Below, piece after piece: positions 7,793 through 18,466 of a stretch of DNA of 29,116 nt. Each line of letters begins with the position of its first letter. Position 1 is the first letter of the stretch. A program made the translations under genes and the position numbers. This stretch comes from Dethiobacter sp. Lineage in GTDB: Bacteria > Bacillota > Dethiobacteria > DTU022. The DNA lies in assembly GCA_018333405.1 (NCBI GenBank), contig JAGXSR010000159.1:1-29116 (forward strand). The letters are read 5' to 3'. Under the pieces are notes generated by a model. It was given only the letters and a program-made list of their open reading frames with translations. It ran no database searches and was not told the DNA's origin.

Positions 7793-9474
7793 CTTTTTCC
7801 ACTCCCCATAATAATTTCACTGATGGGGCGGTTCGGGGCAACCATAGGGTAAACATTTTCCCCGGCATCAACCAGAAAATCGATCACCACAGGTCCTTCA
7901 ATTGCCAGTGCCTGTTCAATGGCGCCGGCAACCTCGGAGGGTGCAGAAACACGAAGTCCTAGAGCGCCGTAAGCTTCGGCCACCTTAACAAAGTCCGGAC
8001 CGCCCTGAATCGATGTGTGCGAGTATCGGCCCCCATAAAAAAGCTCCTGCCACTGACGGACCATGCCCAGACAACCGTTGTTGATAATGGCCACCTTTAT
8101 ATTTAGATTATACGCTACCGCTGTTGCTAACTCCTGGATATTCATTTGGAAGCTGCCATCCCCGGCGATACAAAAGACAGTTTTTTGCGGAGAGGCAAGT
8201 GTAGCCCCCAGTGAGGCGGGAAAACCATAGCCCATGGTTCCCAAGCCGCCGGAGGAAAGAAACGTACGCGGCAAACGGAAACAATAATGCTGTGCCGTCC
8301 ACATCTGATGCTGACCGACATCTGTGCAGATTATGGCATTATCCGGCGTCAGCCGGTCGATTTCCCGGATTACAAACTGGGGCTTCATCCCTCCTTCACT
8401 GGTTTGCTTTTCCGAACAGAGGGGGTTGCCTTGGCGCCATTCCTCAACCTTTTTCAACCAATCTTCTGTAACCCCGGGCTGCAGCCGCTTTAAAATACCC
8501 TGGAGAACTTTTTTCACATCACCGACAATCGGAATATCAATGGCTACGTTTTTTCCTATTTCCGCCGGGTCGATATCGATATGAATAATTTGGGCTTTCC
8601 GGGCGAAGCTCTCCAATTGGCCAGTAACCCGGTCATCAAAGCGCACGCCGGCGGCGATAATTAAATCTGCTTCGGATATGCTGTAATTTGCAGAAACCGT
8701 CCCATGCATACCGGGCATTCCCAAAAATAGTGGGCTGTTTCCCGGAAAAGCGCCCAGTGCCATAAGCGAGAGAACAACCGGGATCCGGCCCCGTTCAGCC
8801 AATTCTGTAAGTTCAGCAGACGCTCCGGCGATGATTACGCCGCCTCCGGCAAATATCACCGGACGTTTGGCCGCATTGATTGCCTTGACCGCTCGTTGTA
8901 TCTGGCCGCTATGCCCCTCTATAGTAGGTTTATATCCGGGAATCTCCCGCCTGTGGGTGTAATCAAACTGATCTTCCAGTTCAAATATATCTTTGGGGAT
9001 ATCAACCAACACCGGTCCCGGTCGGCCGGTGGAGGCAATAAAAAAAGCTTCAGACAAAGCATCCGGCAGTTCTTGCACATCTTTGATCAGGTAATTATGC
9101 TTAGTGATAGGCAAAGTAATTCCAGTGATGTCCGCTTCCTGGAATGAATCAGTGCCGATAAGCCGCGTTGCCACTTGACCGGTAATTAAGACCAGCGGCA
9201 CCGAGTCCATATAAGCCGTGGCAATACCGGTAACCAAGTTAGTAGCCCCGGGGCCCGAGGTGGCAAAAACAACCCCCGTTTTGCCGCTGACCCGGGCATA
9301 GCCGTCGGCGGCATGGACCGCACCCTGCTCATGGCGGACCAAAATATGTTTCAGTTTACAGCGATAAAGCTGGTCATACAGAGACAACACGGCACCACCG
9401 GGGTAACCGAAAACCAAGTCTACCTGCTCCTTCTCCAGGACCGCCGTAATCATGGCCGCACCTTTCAGTTTCAC
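7789..9474 (-). CDS. ilvB: Acetolactate synthase large (catalytic) subunit, biosynthetic type
   Basis: VFGYPGGAVL, RHEQGAVHAADGYAR, TSGPGATN, GRPGPVLVDIPKD, and the ThDP motif GDGSFQMN...NNGCLGMVRQWQ. Confidence 0.95.
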   Translation of the reverse strand: MKLKGAAMITAVLEKEQVDLVFGYPGGAVLSLYDQLYRCKLKHILVRHEQGAVHAADGYARVSGKTGVVFATSGPGATNLVTGIATAYMDSVPLVLITGQVATRLIGTDSFQEADITGITLPITKHNYLIKDVQELPDALSEAFFIASTGRPGPVLVDIPKDIFELEDQFDYTHRREIPGYKPTIEGHSGQIQRAVKAINAAKRPVIFAGGGVIIAGASAELTELAERGRIPVVLSLMALGAFPGNSPLFLGMPGMHGTVSANYSISEADLIIAAGVRFDDRVTGQLESFARKAQIIHIDIDPAEIGKNVAIDIPIVGDVKKVLQGILKRLQPGVTEDWLKKVEEWRQGNPLCSEKQTSEGGMKPQFVIREIDRLTPDNAIICTDVGQHQMWTAQHYCFRLPRTFLSSGGLGTMGYGFPASLGATLASPQKTVFCIAGDGSFQMNIQELATAVAYNLNIKVAIINNGCLGMVRQWQELFYGGRYSHTSIQGGPDFVKVAEAYGALGLRVSAPSEVAGAIEQALAIEGPVVIDFLVDAGENVYPMVAPNRPISEIIMGSGKR

Positions 9475-9559
9475 TCCCTGCCACCTGCCTTTAATAAGTC
9501 ATATACTATTTATCGAGCCAATTTTTTGCCGATGAACACCGACCGGCAATATACTAACC

Positions 9560-10435
9560 TTACGCCAGGGGAACCCCTTCTGTTTGGGTAAGGTGATGAA
9601 ACCGCTCCATTAAGCGGCACGTTACCGGGCCCGGAATTCCGGATCCGATAGTGCGAGCATCCACTTCGATTACCGGGATCACCTCAGCCGCAGTACCAGT
9701 CAGAAAACACTCATCGGCGGTATACACATCGTGACGGGTGAAGGGACTTTCTATCACGGACATTCCCTCTGTTCGCGCCAGGTTCATCACTGCTTCACGC
9801 GTAATTCCTTCCAGAATCCCCAAATATGGTGGTGGAGTAATCAAGGCTCCTTTACGATAAATAAAAACATTGTCTCCGGATCCTTCGCTGACATAACCGT
9901 TACCGGTCAACATCAATGCTTCCAACACTTCAGCCCGGTTGGCTTCAAGCTTAACCAATATATTATTTAAGTAATTTAGGGATTTAATTTTCGGATCCAA
10001 GGCATCGGCCACATTTCGGCGGGTGGCCACAGTAATAACAGACAGTCCTTTACTATATAATTCGGGAGGGTATAAAACAATTTTATCAACAATTATTACC
10101 ACGCGACTGGCTTTGCATTTACGGGGATCTAATCCCAGATCTCCCACCCCCCGGGATACAACGACCCGGATATAGGCATCTTTAAGATTATTCGCATTTA
10201 CTGTCTGCACAACGGCCGCGGCCATACTTTCCCGGCTGTAGGGAATGGGCAGCATGATGTGGTGAGCTGATTCAAACAGCCGGTTCACATGCTCGTCGAG
10301 GCGAAACACTCGCCCGTTGTATGCGCGAATTCCTTCAAATACACCGTCCCCATATAAAAACCCATGATCAAAAACCGAAATGACCGCTTTTTCTTCCGGA
10401 ACCAAAGCGTTATCCAAAAAAATTATTCTGCCCAT
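9560..10435 (-). CDS. ilvE: Branched-chain amino acid aminotransferase (class IV PLP)
   Basis: DHGFLYGDGVFEGIRAY, KIKSLNYLNNIL (PLP lysine), EGSGDN, LEGITR and ECFLTGTAAEVIPV. Confidence 0.93.
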   Translation of the reverse strand: MGRIIFLDNALVPEEKAVISVFDHGFLYGDGVFEGIRAYNGRVFRLDEHVNRLFESAHHIMLPIPYSRESMAAAVVQTVNANNLKDAYIRVVVSRGVGDLGLDPRKCKASRVVIIVDKIVLYPPELYSKGLSVITVATRRNVADALDPKIKSLNYLNNILVKLEANRAEVLEALMLTGNGYVSEGSGDNVFIYRKGALITPPPYLGILEGITREAVMNLARTEGMSVIESPFTRHDVYTADECFLTGTAAEVIPVIEVDARTIGSGIPGPVTCRLMERFHHLTQTEGVPLA

Positions 10436-10485
10436 ATCGATTCCCCTTTCTCTGTTGTTTAAGCAATCAGTTCAGTATATCTATA

Positions 10486-10730
10486 TAAAAAGGCCCTTTG
10501 CCCAAAGGGGCAAAGGGATTTCCTTTGCGGTACCACCCTTTTCCAACTAAATCAACTTAAGTTGGGTTTATAAAGCCACTATAACCTGGTAACGGTGGTT
10601 GCCGGCACGCCTTACTTTAATTTCTGGCGGGCAACTCCAGGCCGACCTTCAACAATCTCCATTGCCGGCTTTCAGCTGGCGCCGGCTCTCTGCATTAGGA
10701 GAACTGTTTACTCCTGCCCTTCAACGTCTG
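10486..10730 (-). ncRNA. T-box riboswitch leader of the ilvE-ilvB-ilvN-leuC-leuD operon, putative Val (GUC) specifier
   Basis: Stem I has UGA/GGA kink-turn strands, AGGAGUA/GAA, an AGAGA box and a GCUGAAA apical loop. Stem II is GUUGCC/GGCAAC with AGAA/AGUA. Also present are CCGUUA, stem III CCAACU/AGUUGG, and the T-box sequence GGGTGGTACCGC (10538-10527) preceding a terminator. Confidence 0.92.
10494..10517 (-). terminator. T-box attenuator terminator
   Basis: Perfect 10-bp stem CCCTTTGCCC / GGGCAAAGGG with a 4-nt loop, followed on the minus strand by CCTTTTT. Confidence 0.88.
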
Positions 10731-10755
10731 TTTTTGTTTCAAAATGTTGCTTAAT

Positions 10756-10784
10756 ATTATATCCTGCCAACCGATCGGCGTCAA
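10756..10784 (-). promoter_or_regulatory. Sigma-A promoter of the T-box/ilv-leu operon
   Basis: TTGACG (10784-10779), 17-nt spacer, TATAAT (10761-10756), about 25 nt upstream of T-box stem I. Confidence 0.8.
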
Positions 10785-10862
10785 TCAGCTGAAACTGCAA
10801 AATTTGCCAACCTGCGTGGGGGTGAGTGAGCCGGGAAGAGCTGATTCTCCGGTTTTCCTGTT

Positions 10863-13280
10863 TTATATTAAACCGATTAAATCAACTACCCGGTCTTTAT
10901 CGTCCAAACGAATCAGTGTTACACCCCTGGCATAACGACTGAACAGGGATACTTGTTTAACCTGTTGCCGGATAACAATGCCTTTGGCAGTAATAACAAT
11001 AAACTCTTCGTCGTCCTGCTTTATAATAATAAAGCCGGTGAGGGGCCCGCTGATCTTGCTCAGCTTCATCCCGATCAGTCCTTTGCCGCCGCGGCGTTGG
11101 GCGCGGAACTCTTCTACCCGGACCCGCTTTCCGAACCCGAAGGCGGAAACCATAAGAATTACTTCTCCGCCACTGATCAAGTCTGCGCCAATAACCTTTG
11201 ACTCTCCGGAGAGATTAACCGACTTAACACCGCGGGCTGAGCGCCCCATGGGGCGCACATCTTCTTCGTTAAAACGGACAAACAAACCTTCAGCGGTACC
11301 GATAATCACTTCCTGGCGGCCATCAGTAAGCTTTACCGAGATCAGCTCATCGGCTTCGGAAAGGTTGATGGCGACTAAACCTGTTTTGCGGGCGTTTCTG
11401 TATTCCATCAGCGGAGTTTTTTTAATCATACCTTGTGCCGTAACCATTAGCAGGTTGCGATCCGGGCTGAACTCCCTGATCGGCATTGTTGCGGTGACAA
11501 ACTCCCGATTATCAAGCGGAAGCAAATTGATCAAGGCCGTTCCCCGGGCCTGCCGGCCCGACTCAGGTATCTCGTGAATTTTCAACAGATAAACCCTTCC
11601 GCGATTGCTGAAACAGAGCAGGTTGTCATGGGTGGATGCAACATGACACTGTTCAACCCAGTCGTCTTCTCTGGGCTGTATACCAATAATCCCTTTACCG
11701 CCACGCAATTGGCTGCGGTAAGTGGACAGGGGCAGGCGCTTGATATACCCCCTGTCCGTGAGAGTAATAACCACATCTTCTTCCAAAATTAAGTCGGTCA
11801 GAGCTATCTCGTCGGCGTCAGCAACGAGATGCGTACGCCTTTCGTCGGCGTGCTTTTCTTTAATCGCCTGCAGCTCACTGTTAATAATACCGTACACCAA
11901 TGACTGGTCGGACAGTACCCTCTTCAGGTAAGCAATCCGTTCCAACAGATCATTAAATTCCCCTTCAAGCTTTATTGTTTCCAGCTGCGTCAGACGCCGC
12001 AAGCGCATATCCAATATTGCCTGAGCCTGTTTCTCCGTAAGACTAAGAAGCGCAATTAAGCCCGCTCGGGCGCTTGCCTCATCCTTTGTCCGGCGAATTA
12101 GCGCAATCACTTCATCCAAACGGGAGAGCGCTATGCGCAGTCCTTCCACGATATGCAGCCGTTCCTCTGCTCGCCTCAAATCATAACGGCTGCGCCTTAA
12201 TATTACCTCTTTTTGATGATCGAGGTAGTAAACAAGTATTTCTTTTAAGTTTAAAACCTTAGGCTGCCCGTCTGCCAAAGCCAGCATTATAATGCCGTAT
12301 GTTTGCTGCAGAGGTGTAAACTGATATAACTGGTTTATAATCACTTGAGGCTGATAGTCCTTTTTAATTTCCATAACAATGCGAACTCCGGAGCGGTCCG
12401 ATTCGTCCCTCAGGTCGGTCAATCCATCCATTTTACGTTCTTTTACCAGTTCGGCGATCTTCTCTACCAGGCGCGCTTTGTTCTGCTGGTAAGGGAGCTC
12501 GGTAATAACCAGATGGTTACGACCCTTTTCCTTGGTTTCTAATTGCACCCGTCCCCTTACCTTTATTATACCCCGACCGGTTTGGTAAGCAGAACGGATG
12601 CCCTCATAGCCAACGATAATCCCCCCTGTGGGAAAGTCGGGCCCCTGAATAAAACGCATCAAATCCTGAACTCTGGCCTCGGGATTGACAATAACATATT
12701 GCAGGGCGTCAATTACCTCCCTTAGATTATGCGGGGGAATATTGGTGGCCATTCCCACCGCAATGCCGGCGGAGCCATTTACTAAAAGATTGGGGAAACG
12801 TGATGGAAGCACTACCGGTTCCTGTAAACTCTCATCGAAGTTGGCCCGGAAATTAACCGTTTCTTTTTGCAGGTCGGATAAAAGTTCCATGGAAATGGTC
12901 GAAAGACGAGCTTCGGTATAGCGCATTGCCGCAGGAGAATCGCCGTCTAAAGAGCCGAAATTACCGTGTCCGTCTACCAGTGGGTAGCGTGTGGTAAATA
13001 CTTGTGCCATCCGCACCAGGGTATCATAAAGGGCAACATCTCCATGTGGATGATATTTGCCTAGAACTTCACCGACAATCCGGGCTGACTTGCGATAAGG
13101 TTTATCGGGTGTAGAGCCCATTTCGGACATGGCGTACAAGATGCGGCGATGAACCGGCTTGAGGCCGTCGCGGACATCAGGCAGAGCACGACTGACAATC
13201 ACGCTCATGGCATAGTCTAAAAAAGAGGTTTTAACCTCATCCTGTATATTTACAGGTACAATCCTATCCTTATCTCCCAT
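10863..13280 (-). CDS. gyrA: DNA gyrase subunit A
   Basis: [26 protein letters not shown], catalytic [10 protein letters not shown], and C-terminal pinwheel repeats with GyrA-box-like QLRGGKG and QRRGGKG. Adjacent to gyrB at oriC. Start placed at ATG 13280 because the ORF-track GTG (13292) lies within the GAAGGTGA SD. Confidence 0.96.
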   Translation of the reverse strand: MGDKDRIVPVNIQDEVKTSFLDYAMSVIVSRALPDVRDGLKPVHRRILYAMSEMGSTPDKPYRKSARIVGEVLGKYHPHGDVALYDTLVRMAQVFTTRYPLVDGHGNFGSLDGDSPAAMRYTEARLSTISMELLSDLQKETVNFRANFDESLQEPVVLPSRFPNLLVNGSAGIAVGMATNIPPHNLREVIDALQYVIVNPEARVQDLMRFIQGPDFPTGGIIVGYEGIRSAYQTGRGIIKVRGRVQLETKEKGRNHLVITELPYQQNKARLVEKIAELVKERKMDGLTDLRDESDRSGVRIVMEIKKDYQPQVIINQLYQFTPLQQTYGIIMLALADGQPKVLNLKEILVYYLDHQKEVILRRSRYDLRRAEERLHIVEGLRIALSRLDEVIALIRRTKDEASARAGLIALLSLTEKQAQAILDMRLRRLTQLETIKLEGEFNDLLERIAYLKRVLSDQSLVYGIINSELQAIKEKHADERRTHLVADADEIALTDLILEEDVVITLTDRGYIKRLPLSTYRSQLRGGKGIIGIQPREDDWVEQCHVASTHDNLLCFSNRGRVYLLKIHEIPESGRQARGTALINLLPLDNREFVTATMPIREFSPDRNLLMVTAQGMIKKTPLMEYRNARKTGLVAINLSEADELISVKLTDGRQEVIIGTAEGLFVRFNEEDVRPMGRSARGVKSVNLSGESKVIGADLISGGEVILMVSAFGFGKRVRVEEFRAQRRGGKGLIGMKLSKISGPLTGFIIIKQDDEEFIVITAKGIVIRQQVKQVSLFSRYARGVTLIRLDDKDRVVDLIGLI

Positions 13281-13346
13281 CGTGTTGATCACCTTCTCAA
13301 ATTAATAAGTGTCAGACTTTCCTCTTCGGTAATTCAAGTCGATCTT

Positions 13347-15296
<1,950 letters not shown>

Positions 15297-15329
15297 CTAA
15301 AAAATACATATCGAAGGCTTTGGATAATA

Positions 15330-15569
15330 TCAAATGTTTATATATCCGCGCCTGGCCAGTGTAGCGGATGCAATGGATGATAAATAAACATTGTCGCTTG
15401 TAACTATAAAGGTTTTAAATTGTTCAAAATCACCGGAACCTAAAAAAATGTTGGGTAATGCGGCCTCAATAAACTGTTTGTTGGTAGTGTTTTGTCTTAA
15501 GTTAATATTAAAGATACCGACAATCTCATTACAAAAAACAATCCGCGCATTTCCAATATGTATATACAT
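15330..15569 (-). CDS. remB: RemB/YaaB (DUF370) family protein
   Basis: MYIHIG...IVGIFN...KTFIVTSDNVYLSSIASATLARR matches the DUF370 pattern. Conserved position upstream of gyrB. Confidence 0.82.
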   Translation of the reverse strand: MYIHIGNARIVFCNEIVGIFNINLRQNTTNKQFIEAALPNIFLGSGDFEQFKTFIVTSDNVYLSSIASATLARRGYINI

Positions 15570-15572
15570 TCT

Positions 15573-16007
15573 TTACTCTCCCTCGGAAAACAATGTGGAA
15601 GCATCTGACTGTAAATGCCGTAACTTTCTAATGCCTTCAATAAATATACTTTGATTGTTGTTCGAAATCAAATTCCCTTGCAGTAGATTATTGTTTCCAA
15701 AGTATTTATTTCCTTCCCGGTGAAGATCGCCGACCTGAAAATAAATCTCTGTTACCACTCTATATCCAAAATAACTGTTTATTTTTTCGGATAATTGAGC
15801 TTTTAGTAATGTGAGGTGATAAGCCCAAGTTGAGTCTTTTACTACGATAAACAGTATTCCCTTGGAAATTCTTTCTGCACGGGTAACCGAAGCAATATTG
15901 ATTCCCATCAGTTCAGACCATGACTCAATTATTAAATGTTGCCGGTATTGTTTCCACATTTTTTTCTGCCGAAGTAAATGTTCAATGACCAAACCTAGCT
16001 CTTTCAT
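15573..16007 (-). CDS. dciA: DUF721/DciA family replicative helicase-loading protein
   Basis: WSELMG..IA..TRA..I.KGILFIVVKDSTWAYHL.LLK..L..KIN..FG..VV.EI.F.VG is the DUF721 pattern, directly after recF. Start likely ATG 16007 or 16010 behind GGAAGG. Confidence 0.8.
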   Translation of the reverse strand: MKELGLVIEHLLRQKKMWKQYRQHLIIESWSELMGINIASVTRAERISKGILFIVVKDSTWAYHLTLLKAQLSEKINSYFGYRVVTEIYFQVGDLHREGNKYFGNNNLLQGNLISNNNQSIFIEGIRKLRHLQSDASTLFSEGE

Positions 16008-17112
16008 CATAAACCTTCCCTTCGTCCACAAAAAAAATGTTTACCTTCTCTTTTTGAAAATCATAATCTTCAATAGGAACTGCTGTTGTTATAAAAGACT
16101 GCCCTTCCCGCTGTAAAAGGAAATTAATTAACTGCTCACGTCTTTTTGGATCAAGCTCAGAAAAAACATCATCAAATAACACAATCGGTCTTTCCCTGCT
16201 GGATAAATAGAATAGCTCTACTTCCGCCATCCTGAGAGCCAGCGCGGCGGTGCGCTGTTGCCCTTGGGAAGAATACCTTTTTGCATCATAATCGTTAATC
16301 ATTATTGTAAAATCGTCTAAGTGCGGTCCAAACACAGTGCACCCCCTTCTGATTTCTTCAGTACTCCCCTTTTTTAGGTGATCAGAAAAAGCTTGCTCAA
16401 TTCCATCGGAATCCTTGTCAAACTCTATATTGCTAACATAATTAAGGGTAAGTTTTTCATTATGGTTTGTCATCTGTATAAAAAAGTCTTGCGCTTGTTT
16501 CTCAAGAGCCCGCAGCAGCGCAATTCGCTGTTTAATTATTTTGCTGCCTAATAAGACCAGAGCCCTATCCCATGGCTCAAATATACTTCTGTCTATAGAA
16601 TTAAAACGATTTTCTTTAAGTAATCTGTTTCTATGCTGCAGAACACGATGGTAATCTTTAAGTAAATGATAATAAGCAGGCTTCAGCCGAGACCCTTCTA
16701 AATTAATATATCGCCTGCGTATAGCCGGCCCTTCCTTTATGATTAGAATATCGTCAGGACTGAAAGCAACAATTGGAACTTGATAGATAAAATCTCCTCG
16801 TTTCATCAACGAACCATTCACTTTAATTTTAGTATTTTTTGTGCTAGCTTGGTAACCTATTTGGACAGTGTCAATATTATTTTTCTTTTTTAAAGTTCCT
16901 TTTAAAAAAAAACCGCTCCCGTTCCAATATACAAGTTCATAATCGTGAATTGTTCTAAATGAATGCGATACGGCAAGATAATAAATTGCTTCTAAAAGAT
17001 TAGTTTTGCCCTGACCATTTGCTCCTTCAAAAATATTTATCCTGTTGTTGAAAAAAACGTCTTGGTTTATGTAATTACGAAAGTTTGTTAAATGTAATTG
17101 CGTTAAAAACAA
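15982..17112 (-). CDS. recF: DNA replication/repair protein RecF
   Basis: LTNFRNY, Walker A GANGQGKTNLLEAI, FGPHLDD, SQGQQRTAALAL and LFDDVFSELD. Confidence 0.96.
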   Translation of the reverse strand: MFLTQLHLTNFRNYINQDVFFNNRINIFEGANGQGKTNLLEAIYYLAVSHSFRTIHDYELVYWNGSGFFLKGTLKKKNNIDTVQIGYQASTKNTKIKVNGSLMKRGDFIYQVPIVAFSPDDILIIKEGPAIRRRYINLEGSRLKPAYYHLLKDYHRVLQHRNRLLKENRFNSIDRSIFEPWDRALVLLGSKIIKQRIALLRALEKQAQDFFIQMTNHNEKLTLNYVSNIEFDKDSDGIEQAFSDHLKKGSTEEIRRGCTVFGPHLDDFTIMINDYDAKRYSSQGQQRTAALALRMAEVELFYLSSRERPIVLFDDVFSELDPKRREQLINFLLQREGQSFITTAVPIEDYDFQKEKVNIFFVDEGKVYDERARFGH

Positions 17113-17129
17113 AAAAACCGCCCCCGTAA

Positions 17130-18236
17130 TTACTCCATTTTTACTGGTAATACCAAGTAAAGATAAGTCGGATCTCCCGGCGCCCTAAACACTAACGGCC
17201 CGTTTTTTCCATGAAAATCAATCATAATTTCTTTTTGCTCCATCACTTTTAAAATATCCAAAACAAATTTTGAGTTTACGAGAACTTCAACATTATCACC
17301 TTCGTATCTGCCCAAAACCAACTCTTCCATTTTGCCTATCTGAGAAGAGACTTTAACAACCAAGCTGCTTTCATCAATAATAAAATGGATGATTTGATTA
17401 ATGCCTTCGGCCAGCAATGATGCCCGGGACACAGTATCTTCAAAAGTCTTTTTGTCGGTAAACATCCTGGTGATATGCTTTCTAGGGATAACCCCGCTAA
17501 TATCGGGATACTTCTCTTCGAGAATGCGAGCGGCAAAATAAATATCGTCAAATTTAAAAATCACCTGTTTTGTTCCCGGTGAAATTAAAAGCAGACCCTC
17601 ATCCCCAATAATTTTTAGCAGTTCGCGAAGGGACTTAGCTGGTACAAGGGAACGTTTTTCAGTAAACTTCTTTAATTCATCTTCAATCTCCATATTTTTC
17701 ATTGTTAGGCGATAAGTATCCGAGGCGATTATATTCAGATGATTATCATTAAAATGAAAAAGCACTCCGTTAAAAGCTGGTCTGCTTTCATCGGTTGATG
17801 CGGAAAAGACGGTAGTTTTTAAAACTTTTTTAAATAATGGCTGATCAAATGTGAGAAAATGTTCAGTGGTTGTTTCTGTTTGGATTATAGGGTAATGTGC
17901 GGGGTCAGCGCCGAATAAAACATAATTTGTTTGGCCGCTGTTAACCTCAATACGATAATCATCTCTCCTGAAATGCAGGTCGACATCCGTTTCGGGAAGA
18001 TAACGCACTATATGCACGATTTTAGGAGGGAAAAGTATGCTAAAATTATCTCCGCCAAAATGAGGAAGCTTGACTTGAATATCAATCTCCATATTTGTCG
18101 CAGTAAAAATCAGGGCTTGTTCAGTACATTCAAATAAAATATTGTCTATGGCTGGGATAGCGGTTCGTATCGGCAGAGCTTTTTCTACTATATCTAAACA
18201 ACGAGTCAAAACCTGCTTATTTAGTTTAATATGCAC
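17130..18236 (-). CDS. dnaN: DNA polymerase III beta sliding clamp
   Basis: 368 aa with ATNMEIDI, DESRPAFNGV, ASDTYRL, VPAKSL, LEEKYPD and YLVLPVK. Directly follows dnaA. GTG start with GAGGAGG SD. Confidence 0.93.
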   Translation of the reverse strand: MHIKLNKQVLTRCLDIVEKALPIRTAIPAIDNILFECTEQALIFTATNMEIDIQVKLPHFGGDNFSILFPPKIVHIVRYLPETDVDLHFRRDDYRIEVNSGQTNYVLFGADPAHYPIIQTETTTEHFLTFDQPLFKKVLKTTVFSASTDESRPAFNGVLFHFNDNHLNIIASDTYRLTMKNMEIEDELKKFTEKRSLVPAKSLRELLKIIGDEGLLLISPGTKQVIFKFDDIYFAARILEEKYPDISGVIPRKHITRMFTDKKTFEDTVSRASLLAEGINQIIHFIIDESSLVVKVSSQIGKMEELVLGRYEGDNVEVLVNSKFVLDILKVMEQKEIMIDFHGKNGPLVFRAPGDPTYLYLVLPVKME

Positions 18237-18249
18237 AGCACAGACCTCC

Positions 18250-18460
18250 TCTACTTTAACAACAAAATAATATTATTAAATATTTATATATATAGCAGTA
18301 ATAATAAGCGCTGTGTATACTGTGAAAACTTCCCTTTGATCCATTTACTAAAAAGAAATCGGGCCGCATAGCCTATGTATAATTTGTGGACTAGCTGTTA
18401 ATTAATATTATTCTTTTAAAAAAGAAAAACCCAACAGAAACTATCAAAAACTTATACACA
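18250..18460. other. oriC: oriC, dnaA-dnaN intergenic half: DnaA boxes, DnaA-trios and AT-rich unwinding element
   Basis: Perfect TTATACACA at 18452-18460. One-mismatch boxes at 18312-18320, 18321-18329 and 18374-18382. GCGC spacer 18308-18311, trios TAG CAG TAA TAA TAA 18293-18307, AT cluster about 18250-18292. Confidence 0.88.
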
Positions 18461-18466
18461 CATTTT

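Noticed and set aside
10831-10852. Hairpin after gyrA as a terminator
   Set aside because: Only about 7 bp with a bulge and no U-tract in the gyrA direction.
10978-11577. 199-aa plus-strand ORF
   Set aside because: Antisense to the gyrA C-terminal repeats; Ser/Pro/Arg-rich shadow translation.
15319-15327. One-mismatch DnaA box (TTATCCAAA) upstream of gyrB
   Set aside because: It is isolated, and the same 9-mer occurs inside ilvE (about 10410), so it is compatible with chance.
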